Below, one piece after another: positions 13,168 to 26,872 of a DNA stretch of 64,000 nucleotides. The position numbers and the translations under genes are program-made. The notes under the pieces were generated by a model. The model was not told the DNA's origin, made no database searches, and worked only from the letters and a program-made list of their open reading frames with translations. Positions within the stretch are counted from its first letter, which is position 1. Each line of letters starts with the position of its first letter. The stretch is from Protoeuglena noctilucae. Lineage: Eukaryota. The stretch spans positions 372,001 through 436,000 of the forward strand of contig OY253688.1 of the NCBI GenBank assembly GCA_958009085.1, read 5' to 3'.

Positions 13168-15395
13168 TCACTGCGGCACCAGAGTCTTGCGGGGCATGGT
13201 CGGGAGCCCAAAGAGCGAGCGGAGGTCCCATGGATCTGCCAGCCTGGCTGCCATGGCGTTTGTGCCGATGAATCGAACCAGAATCATCGCCAGGAGCGAC
13301 AGCCAGATGCCCGTGATGCCCCACTGCAACTGCGCGCTGAGCCGCGTCAGCGCAACCGTCACTGCGGGCGCAACGGGGGCTATGAGGTGCATTGCGCGCC
13401 TGTGGTGGCACCGGCGAACCCCTTCGCAGCACCAATTGCGACGGCAGCGATGCCTGGTCAGCAACTAAACACACACGGGGGCAAGGTGTCAAGTACGCAC
13501 CTGCCAGGGCGGCGAGCATGATGACGGCGTACGGCGTGCCTCGCCCGTACGACAGAAGGACGCCGCCGGCAGCGATGTCCAGGGACGTGACGGCCAGGGT
13601 CGCGGCGCCCAGCAGCGCCTGCCCCCGCATCAGCGGCCAAAGGACTGCGAAGTCAGACGACTCGAAGTGGATTGGTGAGCGAGTCCAGACTACGTGCTGC
13701 CAGCCGCACCATAGGCGAGCACACGCTCGCGTCACTCACGTGGGTCGCTGGTCAGCAAGTGGCTAGCCCCCAAGCAGACGGCCAGCCACGCAGAAGAGGA
13801 CGTGATGCCGAGGCCGATGGCCGCGGTCCTTAGGAACGCAAACGTGTGGTGCAACTCTGCGGGGGGACGCGTGACCGCATGTCATGGCCCGCTGCCACAA
13901 CCATGCAGTGCATGGTGGTTGCCAACCATTCCCTCGCCTGTGGGTGTCCTGGCCGCCGGTACGAACGCCAGCGCCACTTGCTCAACGGGGGAGTTGACGA
14001 AAGAGCAGCAGACGAATACGGGCCACATGGCTTGGTGCGCGGCGGCTGATAGCGTACCAGACAGGGAGGCCGCCGCAGCGAGGACGCTGTAAGCCATCGT
14101 CTGCGAGACACCGAGCGAGACGGACACAATGCGTTGAGGAAACTTGGATCGCAGCCAGCACTGGGGGGCACGTCACGGCCACAGGGTTTGGATCAGTGGC
14201 GCCACTGCGCACCTTGGCGAGGTACATGACGCTGAGAGGGCCCAGGCGGCTCAAGGTCTCCTCCGCGCGGCTCCACGACGCGGCACGGAGCGACAGGCGG
14301 ATGCCGCCCCGCCTGCGCAGCTGCCACAGGCTTAGGAGCTGCATGCCCGCCGCGGCGTACTGCGTCACGACCGACGCGAGGGCGGCCCCGGCGATGCCCA
14401 GCTTGCAGAAGGCGATGAGTGCGACGTTGGACAGCGCCGCCAGGGTCATCGTGACCACTTGGATGGCCAGGGCGCGGCCCTGCTGGCGCTGCGCGAGGTG
14501 CGCCGAGTTGCACGTGAAGACGGCCAGCATCGCCGGCAGGGCTAGGGACTTGATCCTGTGCGGGGAAGAGAGGTCTTGTTTGTAGGCTAGAGCATGTGGC
14601 GGCTATGCCCATGGTTGCGTCTCACAAAGCAGCCTGCCGCCTACCATGTTGCACTCACTTGAGGAAGGTGGTGGCGTGGACGAGCACCTCTGGAGTCTTG
14701 CAAACGAGCCCGAGGATGCTCGGGCCAAACGCCTGCAGCACCGTTAACGTGACGACGCCCCACCCCAGCGCCATGACCAGCGCCGTCGACACCGTCTCGG
14801 ACGCTGCGATGTTCAGTGACGTTAGCTGGCAACAGCAGTGACGGCGCCAGCCAACTAGCTGCCAAGTATGCACATGCAGGTCCTCACCAGCCTTGCCGTG
14901 ACCCGCCGCCAAATGCCTGGAGGCGTCGGCGAGGGCCTGCACGGAAATCCCCGTGAATCCGAACACGCAGACGTTGAACACGAGGAACCCCGGCGCGGTC
15001 GCCGCGAGCTGTGCCGTCGATGCGAAGTTGCCGAGCAGCGCCGCTTCCACCACCGAGACGACTGGGTCGATGAGCGGGATGAACAGGACGGGACCCATGA
15101 AGGCCAGCATCTTGGACCACACCTGCCTCCGCGTCGGCTCTACCGGCGCAGGCGGCGCTGGGCGGTCGGCGCTGCTCGGCTCGAGGGGCGCCTCCGCACC
15201 GTTACAGCGTTCCACGCCCACATCGCTCGTGAAGGACTCGGCGCCCTCCGCCCGTAGTCGGGGAACCCAGCGACGGTTTGCCGGGATATGTGGCACGCGT
15301 CGCACCAGCGGAGCCAATCGCGCGGTCGATGGCGAGGCCAAGGTGAGTCGCAGGTGGCGCGCCGCGACCCCGCCGTGCCCGCTGATGGTCGCCAT
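13168..15395 (-). CDS. MATE/DTX family efflux transporter with probable plastid transit peptide; multi-exon
   Basis: KMLAFMGPVLFIPLIDPVVSVVEAALLG, LGIAGAALASVVTQY, AAAHQ, WGITGIWLSL; many transmembrane segments. Confidence 0.8.
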
Positions 15396-15818
15396 CCCCT
15401 CGGCTCACAATCCCGGTGTTGCAGACATCGCACACACGCAAACGCGCTGGTCGGCGAGGGCAGGACGGGAAAGCCTCGCCCGAATGGGTGCTACAACGGA
15501 ATGCTTGGAGGTAATGCGAGAGCGAGAGGGAAAGAGCGCGGGGACTTACACGCGGCGATCGCACCGAGATGTGGTTGATGACCAATGCCAAGAATCTCGA
15601 GTCGTTTAGTTGCCCTCAGCTCGCGGGCTGGCGCGCAGGCTGGCGCACCGCGTGCAGCTTTTACACGCGGGGAACGAGCGTCCCGCCGGAAACCTGCCAG
15701 CGCACCGCACATTTGTGCGTGAAGCAAGTGGGACAGCATCGACTTTGAGCCACAGTGATTGCACAGCGGGGGATTTGTGTGCTTGCGCCTGCGGGCGCTG
15801 CGTCATAGCGCGGGCACA

Positions 15819-18800
15819 ATGCCTCATCTGATAGAATACGACTTGAGGCTGGCGCCCGAGGGGGGGGCCGAGGTTTTGGGGGAGGTGAGCCGCACCCGGC
15901 GCTCTGAACATCCCTGTGTGCCGCCAGCGCCTGGGCGCCCCGCTCTGCGCATGGAAGACGTGTCTGGTGCTGGAGATGGTTCGTTACGATGCCGTTCGTG
16001 CCGCTGGCCCCGGCGCATCGGCGACTGCGCCCGTCTCTGCGCGGGACTCGGGGCACCGCCGCACGCGCCCGCAGCTCTGTGCGCCGATCGAGTGTACGTC
16101 GAAGGAGCCCGCGGGGGCCGCCTTCCATCGCAAAGCGCAAATACAGGCCGGGTTCTTGGACTGGGATCACGATGGCCAGCCGGACGAGGACGAGGCCGAT
16201 GACGGGTTCGTGCTGGCGCCGGCGCCCCATGGGACGATGCTGAACCGGTCCCGCTGTGCGCCCGCTCACGCCGTCATTGTTACTATCTCGACATTGCAGT
16301 TCTGGCTCTGATTCCGAGTCAACCGCGTCGGAGGAGGAGGAGGCGCGCCCGGCGGGGATCCCCCGGCCCAAAGCGCCGAAAGGAAAGGACGGAAAGAAGA
16401 AGGAGACGCGGGAGGACCTTTACAAGTGGCTGGGTCTCGAGACCGAGCGGTGGATGGCCTCGGAGGTGCGGCACGCATGGGGGAGTTGCGGGCGTGCGAG
16501 CCTCGCTTTGTGGCATGGACACGAACGCACGCCATCCCCCACGCGCGCACGCAGAAGCAAATCCGCGATGCCTACCGGAAAGCTGCGCTGAATATGCACC
16601 CCGACAAGGCGGTGTCGCTGGGGTTGAGCAAAGAGGAGGCGGAGGATCAATTCAAGAAGCTGCAGGCGAGCGCAGTGGACGCAGATGGCCTTCGCTGATG
16701 CTGATGGTCATCGTGGAGTGTGGCTGCGCACGTTGGGTGGAATGTGGCTCGCATCCGAGATTCTTTCTGTTTCTTTGTCGCCAGCCAGTTGCGCAGTCAC
16801 ACGGATGACGCTGGCGTGCACGCAGGAGGCCTACGAGGTCTTGTCAGACCCGGCCAAGCGCAAGGAGTTCGACTCCGTGGACGAGTTCGACGACTACCTG
16901 CCGTCCACGTGCGATTCTGGGGACTTCTTCAAGGTTTTCGGCCCCGCCTTCCGCCGGCAGAGCAAGTGGTCCGACCACAAACCCGTCCCTCCGGTGAGTG
17001 CAGCTGCGCCAGAGCCCGCTGTGGCGGCGGGCGGCGGGTGGCGCGGAGCTGCCATGGAAGAGGGCGTCGCAGGACCGCAATTTAAGCGAGTTCGTCTTGC
17101 TTTATGGCGCACTGCAGGTGGGCGACGAGGGGACGCCATGGCACGAGGTGCAGAAGTTCTACGACTTCTGGTACCATTTCAAGAGCTGGCGCGTGTTCCC
17201 GCATCCCGACGAGGAGGACGAGGAGCAGGCGGGGAGCCGGGACGAGCGGAGGTGGATCCAGAAGCACAATCAGAAGCTCAGGCACGTGTTTGGGGCCAGT
17301 GCAGCCCCGGAGCCGCTGTGCGGGCCGAAACTTCTCTGCCGCTTGTCTTTACTATGTATTAGTTGCAATCCGACCCCGCAGGGCCAAGGCGAAGAAGGAC
17401 GAGACCCGCCGGCTGCGCGACTTTGTCGATGCTGCGTGGAACTGCGACCCTCGCGTCGCGGCGGCGCACCAGGAGAAGAAGCAGGCGAGGGAGGACCGCA
17501 AGCGAGCCAAGGCGGAGGCGCGGCGCAAGGAGGCTGAGGAGGCCAGGCGGCGGGCGGTGAGTGGATTGGGACGGTGCATGGGTGGGGCATCGTGCATGGT
17601 TTGCTGTCTGCCATGGGATGTGTAGTGCTGCCCGGCAGCGGGCTCAGAGAGACTGCAGCGTTGTGTTTCTCTTTGGGTTGCTCCATTCCCTCACTGCCGG
17701 TGAGTCACCGATGTTTCGTCAGGCTGTGCAGGCGTTAGCGAATGCGTGGCGTTCGCTTGCAGGCGGAGGCGGACGCGGCGAGGCTAGCAGCGGAGCAGGA
17801 GCAGCGTGCGAGGGAGGAGGAGGAGCGCCAGCGGGCCAAGGAGGAGCGGCGGCAGCTGAGGGAACACCGGGCCAACGTCGGGCGCGTGTGCAGGGAGCGG
17901 GGTTTGGCTGACTCGGCTGACATCGCGCTCTTGTGCGAGCACCTGTCGCTGGCGGAGTTCGAGACTCTCGGGCAGACGCTGGGCAAGGAGGGCGCCAGGT
18001 GCGCGGGGATAGGGTGAGGGCACGCGTGCTGTGCTTTGCTTGTTGATTGAGCAAGACTTGGCTTGGCAGTGGTGCATCGTCCCTACTGCTTCCGTGGCTC
18101 CGCAGCAAGGAGGAGCAGTCGGCGGCGGTGCGTGCGCTGATCAAGGCCGTGCGGGAGCGGCTGCGTGCCGAGGAGGATGACAAGGCCGCGAGGGCGGCGG
18201 AGGTGCAGGAGCGACTGGCCTCAGAGAAGGCAGAGGTGAGATAGATACGTTGGACACTGTCAAACAGCTCAGAGGCGGTGTCCCACCACGATCTCAGCAA
18301 CCACAAAGGGGTTTCGGCGTGGGAGAGGGGTGGAGCCATTGCATTGCAGTTGGTCTTAGTGGCACTGGCTATGTCAGGACCGTGCACTTATCGTCGCCGT
18401 GCCTCTCGTTGCGCCATGCAGGCCCACCGTCGCAAGATGGAGGTGATGGGGGAGTGGAGCGAGGAGGAGCTGCGTTTGTTGGAGAAAGGGTTGAAGAAGT
18501 ACCCGGTGGGGACCAAGCAGCGGTGGGAGCAGGTGGCTGCGTATGTGAGGACTCGGACGCCCGACGAGGTCATCACAATGGTCAAGGCGAGGACTGTGGG
18601 TGGCAATTCCTGTAATCTGTGCTTGACGTCCGGTGATAATCTGTATGCTGGCGGATTAGTGAATATCACACGCTTGCAACGACTTGGCACAACGTGGCGG
18701 GTCATGCTCTGTGATCTGGTAGAACCAGGGCAGAGCCAGAGCACGTCACGTCTGCGAAGCCCTTCCATCGCTGCCGCAGGACCACCTAGCCAAGGGCAAG

Positions 18801-19740
18801 ATCCCAGCCAACATGGTGAAGGACGGCATCGTGATCAAGGACAAGTACAAGAGCAACCTGGACATCAAGTCCGAGGCGTCGACGCGGTCGTCGACGTTTT
18901 CTGACGTGGCGGTCCCGGCCGTTTTAGACGCGGCCCGGAGGGAAGACCTCGCGACGCCCAAGCCCCCGGCCAAGGTCGTCTCGAGCGTCAGCGGGGAGTG
19001 GACTGCCGTGCAGCAGGAGAGCCTAAGTGAGTGGGGGGGTGCTCGGGGTGCAGTCCAGGGGGTCTCTATGGGACATTGTTACTACACTTGTTGTTCGCCC
19101 ACGATGCCATTACGCTTTGCTTATAAGATAATATTCACTCCGACTCCGCAGTCAAGGCCATGAAGACGTTCGGGAAGGACGTGCCCGACCGATGGGAGAA
19201 GATCGCCATGGCGGTCCCTGGCAAGACGAGGCAGGAGTGCTTCAGTCGGTTCAAGGAGCTCAAGGAGGAGCACCAGGCAAAGAAGCAGGCGCCTGCCAAG
19301 GCTGCGGAGGGAGAGGCGGGCGCGGGGGCAGGCACTGGGGCAGCAGCGGGGGCGGCTGCGGGGGCATCTGGAGGGCCGTGGACGGCGGAGGAGGAGCAGG
19401 TGAGGAGCTCAGTGGAGCGAGTGGTGCTGAGTACTTTTGGTGAGCGTGTGAATCGATGCCAGGCAGGCGTAATGGCATCCCTAGGACAGGGTAGGTGGTC
19501 GCCGCACAGGCAGCAGCCTTTTGCCTAACCGCTCAGTCAGTCCCCGGTCCGTGCGCTCTCCGATCACGTCTCTCTCTTTTCAATCAGTCCCTGGTGCAGG
19601 CCCTGAAGGTGGTGGGCAAGGACGCACCGGACCGGTTTGTGCGGGTGGCCGAGCGCATCCCTGGCCGCACCAAGGAGGAGTGCCAGGCGAAGTTCAAGGC
19701 GATGAAGGCCGCTTACCAAGCCAAGAAGCAGGACAGCTAG
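15819..19740 (+). CDS. DNAJC2: DNAJC2/MPP11/zuotin-family J protein with SANT/Myb repeats; multi-exon
   Basis: J domain with HPDK and FKKLQ|EAYEVLSDP, zuotin FYDFWYHFKSWR, and C-terminal SANT repeats (WSEEE...RWEQVA; DRWEKIAMAVPGKT; DRFVRVAERIPGRT). Confidence 0.9.
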
Positions 19741-19979
19741 GCTGCAGGCATGCAGGCGCTACTCGAGAAAGCATGCCCCTGCTTACAGCTCGGATATTCG
19801 ACACTTGTTGACCGTCATGCATGCATGCAAGCCTTACCTCATATATCGTCTTTTTAGCGCCAGAGCCTGCTTCCCATACGTAACAATGCTGTTCAACGCT
19901 GCCGTCGCTCGCGCACCTAGCAAGCAAAGCAAAGCAAGCCTCGACTCCTTCATGCAAGCCGCGACGCCCTCATGCCCTT

Positions 19980-22468
19980 TCACTTGTGCGATTGGCCCGC
20001 CATGGAAGCTGCCTCCTCATCAGCTCCGTCCAGCATGTCGCCCTCCACCTCCAGCCACCCCTCACTGTCGCTGCCCTCCGCATCCGACGTCGATCGTGCC
20101 GCCGGACGCACCGACGTCGGCGGGGCAGGGGCCGAGGGCTCTCCCTCCTCCTCCGCCGCAGCCGAGTAGTCCATAATCGGCACCTCCATTGCGTCGCTAT
20201 CGGCCACCTCGTGCTGCTCGTCGTCGCCGTCATGGGCGCTGCCGCCCTCTGACCCGGCACCCGCGATCGTGACGGGCACGTCGGCTGCCGGCGACCACGG
20301 CTCAGCCTCCAGAGCGCCCTCGTCGTCGTCGTCGTCGTCGTCCTCATCCTCCACAGCCGGCACACAGTCAAAGACCGGGTTGGCAGGCGCCTGCGCAGCG
20401 ACAAGCTGGGCCACCACGGCCCCCTCGTCCGCCTCGGCGCTCGGTGCCCCTCGCCTGCCGCCGCCCTGCTCCACATCCAGCTCGCCCTCGCCGTCCGCGC
20501 CGCCCGTATCGTCGGCCTCTGCAGCACCGGACCACGTAGTTCCAGAGGCGGGGAGCGGAGGGAACTGGAGCCTGGTCACGCGTTCGCCTTCTGTCCAAGA
20601 GTCGCCGTCCGCCTCGGCGCGGCCCAGCGAGAACGCCCGCGCCGCCAGTGCCATCGCGGCGTTGAATCGCTCTGCAGCGGCATCGTTCCGCTGCTGCTGG
20701 GTGATCCCAGACACGCGCGGGGCGGGCTGGCGGTGGCCGTCGGTGCCGTCCGCGCCCAGCGGGTCCGTCCTGCCACCCTGCGCGTCGTCGTCGCAGAGGC
20801 CGAGGCGGAAGCCCCGGGACGCCGAGGGCGGGGAAGTGGGGGCGGAAGGCCCCGCAGACGCCGCGCCGCTGGAGGACCCTTCGCATGCGTCGTCCGCCGG
20901 AGGGGCCTCGTCCCCGGGCAGGGGAGGGATCGGATACCACATCGGTGGGGGCGCCGTCTTGGCGATCTCTGCGTGCGGCGGGACACAGGGGCACCCTCAC
21001 AAGCCGTATACCACGTGTCGCAAGCGACGGCAGGCAGTAGAGATTATGTGCAACTACTACCAAGGGCCACTCACCGGGAACGACGGCGTACCGGTTGCGG
21101 CTGCTGAAAAAGACCTCTTGGGCCGTGGCGGAGGGCAGGCGCGGCTCGTCGGGGGCCCTGCGAGGAGCAGGGGTGGCGGACAGGAGTGGCACATGGGAGT
21201 GCTGACGAGGCTGCGGTGCCCGTCGTTCGAAACGCTTGCAAGGACAAGCGAGCATCGCCCTGGCCTGGCGCCGCACCTGGTCTGACCGAAGGCCGTCGCG
21301 AAGGCCCTCATCCTGGCGAGCTCTCTGGCGTGCTCGTCTTGCATCCGCGCCACCTCGGCGGCGTGCTCTCTGCGCACCCGCGCCATCTCTCCGGCGTGCT
21401 CCTCCCGCACCCGCGCCACCTCCGCCGCGTGGTCCTGCTGCGCCTGCGCGAGCTGCGCGGCGTGCAGCGACTGCAGCCGCGCGGACTCGAACTCCATCTC
21501 GGCTGCGTGCTCTGCCTCACGCTGGTCTGCGTACGCCAGCAGGCTCTGCTCCACCGAGGCTGGCGTCACGTCGCTCATAGCCGCAACTGGCGCGACAGCC
21601 GGAGGAGCGGCGGGCGGGGCGGAGGGCGGGGCCGTAACGGGCCCCCCGAGCTTGACCTCGGCCATGCTGAGGGCCAGGGCGATCTCCACTTGCTCGTCCT
21701 CCGTCACGCCGACGACGAAGTCCGACGTCGCGACCTCGGCAGGCTTCTCCGCGCAGAGCTGGCCCTGAGGCTGCGCGGCAGCGGCGGAGGGACCGGCACC
21801 GACGTCGTCGCAGGGCAGCGTCTGGGTGCTGGCGCGCGCCAGGTTGGGTTCCGCCCTCGCCGCCGCGCCTGCGCACGGGACGGTGACGATGGCGGGGGCG
21901 CTCTTGGTGAGCACGACCACCGTGGACGCCGAGTAGAAGCGCCCACAGGCGACCGTGGCTGGGTTGGGCTCCGTGTGCATCGTCGAAGAGACCGTGAAGC
22001 CCCGCGTGGCCATGTGCTCCAGCAGGTGCGCCAAACTGGGGAAGTTGGCGGGCCCCCCGGGCCCGCACGGGTGCTGCATTGTGCCACGGTTGACAACGCG
22101 GCTCAGGGCCACGCTCCTCACGCGCTCCAGCAGGGTGGCCACCTCGCCCCCCCACGACGGGATGACCAGCTCGCGTCGCAGGGCATCGGAAGCGCACACA
22201 ACCCACAGTTGCTCCTGGAAACACGCGGGGGAAAAAGGGTCGATGTGCCGTGGAGCGCGATTCAAGGGTTCCGTGCTCCACGCGCAAGGCCAGCGGCAGG
22301 CACCCACAGCCACGTGGCGTCCTCATGTATTCGAATCGCTCGCGCTTCACTTGCCTGGAAAGGCGGCCGGGCACCGTTCTGGAGCTGAGATATCAGCTGG
22401 GCCGCGGTGGGACGGAAGTTGGCGGCATGCGTGCCCTCGTGCTGATGGATGGCGAGGACTACCGACAT
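19980..22468 (-). CDS. Hypothetical protein with a UIM-like motif, short coiled-coil repeats and an acidic tail; multi-exon
   Basis: EDEQVEIALALSMAE (UIM-like); 11-aa repeats HAAEVARVREE; first exon 22355-22468 joins at 22214 via a GC-AG intron. Confidence 0.6.
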
Positions 22469-22959
22469 GCTGCGAGGGCGGGCGGAGATTATCGAAGCCT
22501 CGCGACCCACCCTGGCCCGAAAAACCGCACGCGCGATACGGGCGGTCCATCTCGCGTGGATCGGACCCTATCTGATGAAATCTAGGTCTGGGATTACCTC
22601 GCTGGCCTCGAGGTTGCCGCGATGGGCACGGACAGCTCGTTGAAGCGCGGTGCTAGGTATGGGGCCTTTCCGACCAGCCGGCGATGCAAGGGGGTATCAG
22701 AGTCTCCGCGTCGGCTTACATGACGCCTGATGAAGAGCATCAGCGAGTTGACGGGCCAAGAGGGGGCCGCATCGAGGCAAAAATTGGGTCTGACTTGTGC
22801 CAGACCCGTGCCTCGGTCTGGGCACGACGCCGAAGCCTCCGTATGGGACACAGCCAGGGCCCATCCACGCATCGCTCAGTCTCGTTTCGATCCCCTGCCT
22901 AACGCCTGCCTAAGCTCAAGGCGCTGTCGGCTGCACACCATGCATCCATCCGCGCTCAT

Positions 22960-23829
22960 TCACGGCCCGAACTCAAGGTCCAGGTACAGCGCGTGGGCGC
23001 CAATGCCATTGAGACCCCTAACGACCTGCGCTGTCGTCTGTGCGAACCCGTGCGGTACCCTCAGCAACCCAGAGATCTCGGGCGTGCCCCGCTCCAGCGA
23101 CGTCGTCAGCTCCTCCACCACAAGGCCCTGTGCGCACAGGTATGCCGTCACGTCCGCCACGAGCTTGGACGGGTTGGGCGCCTGCACAGGGGGTTCACCG
23201 CGGGGAACGGGAGGTCATTGGGCCGTGGCCAGCTCACAGCTCAGGAGGCCGTCAACCAGGGTGACGTGCACCACACTCGGCATCCACACCTTGTCCGAGT
23301 CCAGCGGGCGCACGTTGACCTTGCGCAGGTCCCCCACACGAGTCGGCGGGTCCTTGCGCTCAGCCGTGACCGCCAGGCCGAGGTCCGCCAGCGCCTTCTG
23401 CGGAAGGGGGAGAGGCGGCGTATTTCGCGAGCGCCTCGGCGATGCACCCGTCGGTGTGGTGTCACGGCAGCCCACCTTGATGGCCGCATCTGCTTGATGG
23501 CCGGGAGTCTCGATGCGCATCACCGCCGCAAAGAGGCCGCCCAGCCTCGACACCTTGTTCTCGCGCATGTTCCCACCGGCTGCCTGCACAGCGGAGGCCA
23601 CCTTGGGCAGCAGCCCCTCCCGATCGGCGCCGGTCGCCGCCATCACCAGAGCTGCAAGGGCCAGGACACTAAAAACCGCAATGCAAGGGGGCGGCGGTCG
23701 CACGCGCGGCCATGCGCGGCGCAATTCCTGCATGCATTTATGTTATAATGACGCCGCCACATCGAACGTCTCACTTTCGGTGGAAAATTGCCTCGCCAGG
23801 CGCCCCGCCGTGGCTACCCGTCGCAACAT
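22960..23829 (-). CDS. Tandem ACT-domain protein (GcvR-like) with probable mitochondrial presequence; multi-exon
   Basis: VMAATGADREGLLPKVASAVQAAGGNMRENKVSRLGG ACT motif; N-terminus MLRRVATAGRLARQFST. Confidence 0.7.
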
Positions 23830-24194
23830 CCCGCCGCCTCCACCCTGGATCAGCGACGGCTGTGAGAAGTGGCGCCGACGCAACGGGATAGCAGCGCCGC
23901 GAGAGAGCACGCCTGGGCCGGGGGGCGACGTAAACGGGCCGGACAAAAAGCCAGAGTTGCGCCAGAGCCCAGGATGTCAGCCCTGCGACGTGGAGAGGAC
24001 AAGCGAGTCCTCACATTGCGGGCAGAAACGAACGTCCGGGCCGTGGACGTCGTCACCTTCCCACGATCCGGCCCAGATACGCAGCTGCTGAACTGCATCG
24101 GTCCCCAGCCTCTTGGCGCGCGCCAGGGCGCGCCTTGCTGGGCGGCTTGGAGCATTGCGCTCGACACCTTTCCTCGGCAATCGTCTGACGGAGT

Positions 24195-24518
24195 ATGGCC
24201 GGGCCCGACAAGCCAGCGACGAACGTAGTCCAGGGCGTCTGTGGCCGCGAAGTCGTGGAGCTCCTGAACTGCGCGGCGAGCGATAAGTGCGACGAGGGTG
24301 AATGCGTCAGGTGGCCGACGATGCATGTCTTCTCCGGTGCCCTTTGCTGGGAGCCATCGGAGCTCCTCGACTTGGGACGGGCCCCTCAAGAGCACCGCTG
24401 CATCACCACCCGCAGGTTGGCAGCGGCGCTGCGGGAATGCGCGAAGAAGCATCACATTAAGAACTTCACGGCTCAAGTGAACGCGCGCGAGGGCGAGACC
24501 GGCAAGCCGGGAGCGTGA
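24195..24518 (+). CDS. Twin CX9C (CHCH) small protein, 72 aa, join(24195..24310,24416..24518)
   Basis: After splicing: C-GREVVELLN-C ... C-VRLAAALRE-C. Confidence 0.75.
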   Translation: MAGPDKPATNVVQGVCGREVVELLNCAASDKCDEGECVRWPTMHVFSGALCWEPSELLDLGRAPQEHRCITTRRLAAALRECAKKHHIKNFTAQVNAREGETGKPGA

Positions 24519-24529
24519 GGGAGGCAGAA

Positions 24530-25025
24530 ATGTCGTTCTACATGATCCCCGGTTGGCGGGGCATGGTGAACCGGATGAGGGAGAGCTCGTCGTACCGGTG
24601 GAAGGCTCTCACGGGCCTCTTTGTCGGGTCTGTCACGGTCGGGATCGCCGTCATGTCTGCCATCAGCCCGGGGGTGAGGAGCAGGCCCGGTGGCCCCGCC
24701 CGGCAGTGTCGCTAGACGCAGGGCCAGCACAGTCGCGCCGGCACCGTCATTGCAGGCCTTGACCGACATGGCGTCGACGGGCAAACCCGCTGCGCGCGAG
24801 TCGGACGAGCAGCTGCGGCGGCGCTACGGCTTCAAGGAGCTGCCCGAGAAGCAGCAGGCCGACCAGCGCAAGTGGAGCCAGGTGCAGCACAACAGGCTTC
24901 AAGAGATGCTTTCCGAGGTGCAGCGGGGCGACACGGCGGCCATGAATCGGAGGTGGGCGTACGCCATGACCGGAAGCATACCCGAAGCGGAGAGGAACCG
25001 GCAAGAGATGATTGAGCGGCGATGA
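24530..25025 (+). CDS. Small single-pass membrane protein, 137 aa, join(24530..24673,24756..25025)
   Basis: In-frame GT-AG splice; hydrophobic LTGLFVGSVTVGIAVMSAI; coding-like codon bias. Confidence 0.6.
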
Positions 25026-25118
25026 CTGCGCGCGCTCGTCTGCTCAGATGAAAGCAAAATAGTCGCGGATAATAGACTTAGGGTTCTGTCAAAAAGCGAA
25101 ACTGGACATTGCATGGAG

Positions 25119-26000
25119 CTATGGAGCCACCGGGGGGACTCCGGGCGACAGCGGTGCGGGGCCGCTGGAGAGTCGGGGCGTAGGGGTCAGGGTCGTGGGC
25201 CCCTCCGTTCTCCTCCGGCTCACGGCGCCCTTGCTGCTGGCCACGGACGGCGTCGGGCGGGGCACCGTGGCGCCGTGCTGGTTCTCCGCCACGACTTGCA
25301 GCAGTCGCTTGGCTGCGGCCAGGGACTGAATCTCCCCGCGGATCACGAGCACGCGGCCCGGGTGCCGAGCTTCGATGTCCGGGAGGCCTAGCTTGGCGCG
25401 GATGTCGACCTCTGGGTCCTGCTCGGGCGCCTGCTCCTGGGACCGCCGCTGCTCAGCAACCCGGTCCCATTTGTTGAGCACGAGGACGATGGGGACGAAT
25501 TTGAGGGCGGGCTGGGCCAGGAAGCTTTGTAAGTGATCTCCCACTGCGATGATGGGAGGTTGATGAGTGAGTATGACGCAAGCTGAGCAGCAGAGTGTGC
25601 GGATTCCCAACACGGCTGCACGCGTCCCCCTGCTGGCACCTGCTCCCAGGGTGCCCGTGTCGGACGCGTCGCACACAAACACCAGCGTCACACACTCGGG
25701 AAGGAACTTAGGCCACTGCGGGAGCCGGTGCACGCATGCGGGTCAGAAGAAGCATGGGCAGGAATAACGCACTCACGGCACGACCCCCTGCACTCTCACC
25801 AAAACCTGCATGGCTCCCCCGACTTCCCGGACCAGGAGACTCTTACGATGGTAGCGAATGTCGGTGAGGTCGATGCCGATCGTGGCGAAGAGCTGCAGCT
25901 CCTCGGCGCGCTTGTTTATTTTCGGGCGGGCGACGTGCATCATCTGCCGCACGAGCGTCGTCTTCCCGGCACCTGAGACGGCGAGAACACGACTTCAAGT
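25119..26000 (-). CDS. ARF-like small GTPase (ARL16-like); multi-exon, first exon not resolved
   Basis: GAGKTT P-loop (~25960), REVGGAMQ, VFVCDASD, VLNKWD. Confidence 0.7.
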
Positions 26001-26872
26001 CGCATGAGCCCACGTCCAGTTTCGTTCGGCCTCCCTTAGCTCACGGCGACGGTGGAGCATTCGAAAGACGCGCGTGAATCTCGCTGAGAAGGGCCCCATG
26101 GCATCCGCGCGCATCCAGCGGGATCTCGCGGACGACGCCTATACATGACCAGCGATCGGGCGTCAGATACTCCCTCACCAGGCAGTCCCAGGACGAGACA
26201 GTCCGCGAGGAGGTGGTGCTCCCCGGGACGGATCTTTCCCGCGCTCTCAGAGCGCCCCAGTCCACATATCGACATTGTGCCCGCCACGCTAGCCACGCAT
26301 CGCAGGAGGAGTTCCAGATTGCCTCCACGTCACGAGTTCCCGGAGGGTGTTCAGGGACGAAGCAGCGGAGGCGAAGAGACCCAGGGAACCTGGACACCGC
26401 GCATGCACAGTTGTATACATGGCTCGGCCCGGCATCTCCGCTTCGCTTTCGCTGCACACATTGCTGGCGCGCCATGCCAGATGTGTCCTTTTCGCTCTCT
26501 GTGACCGCACGCGGAGCCACGCTGCAATATTCGATCTCTTCATCCTTAAAACAACGGCTTGCGCATCCTACTCACGCGAAACGTGAACAGCTCACCGCGG
26601 GAAGGGAAGGTGTTTGCAATTCTGCTGTCATAGGGTACCTGACGCGCATCCCGCGGGCAGCGACGGGGTAGGAGGGGCTTGCTGGGCTCGCGTCCGGCCT
26701 CGCCGTCCCCATGTCGTGGGGCCTGCTGACGAGGCGAGTATGCGCTGATGTGGAGCAACATGCGTTCCACCGTACAGCCGGAGGGCCTTCACCACGCCTT
26801 CTTTCGTGTGTCACCTGGTCACTGCGCCAGGAGTGGTGGCATCTTTTTGCGCGCAGGGCCGCGCAGCCCCCG

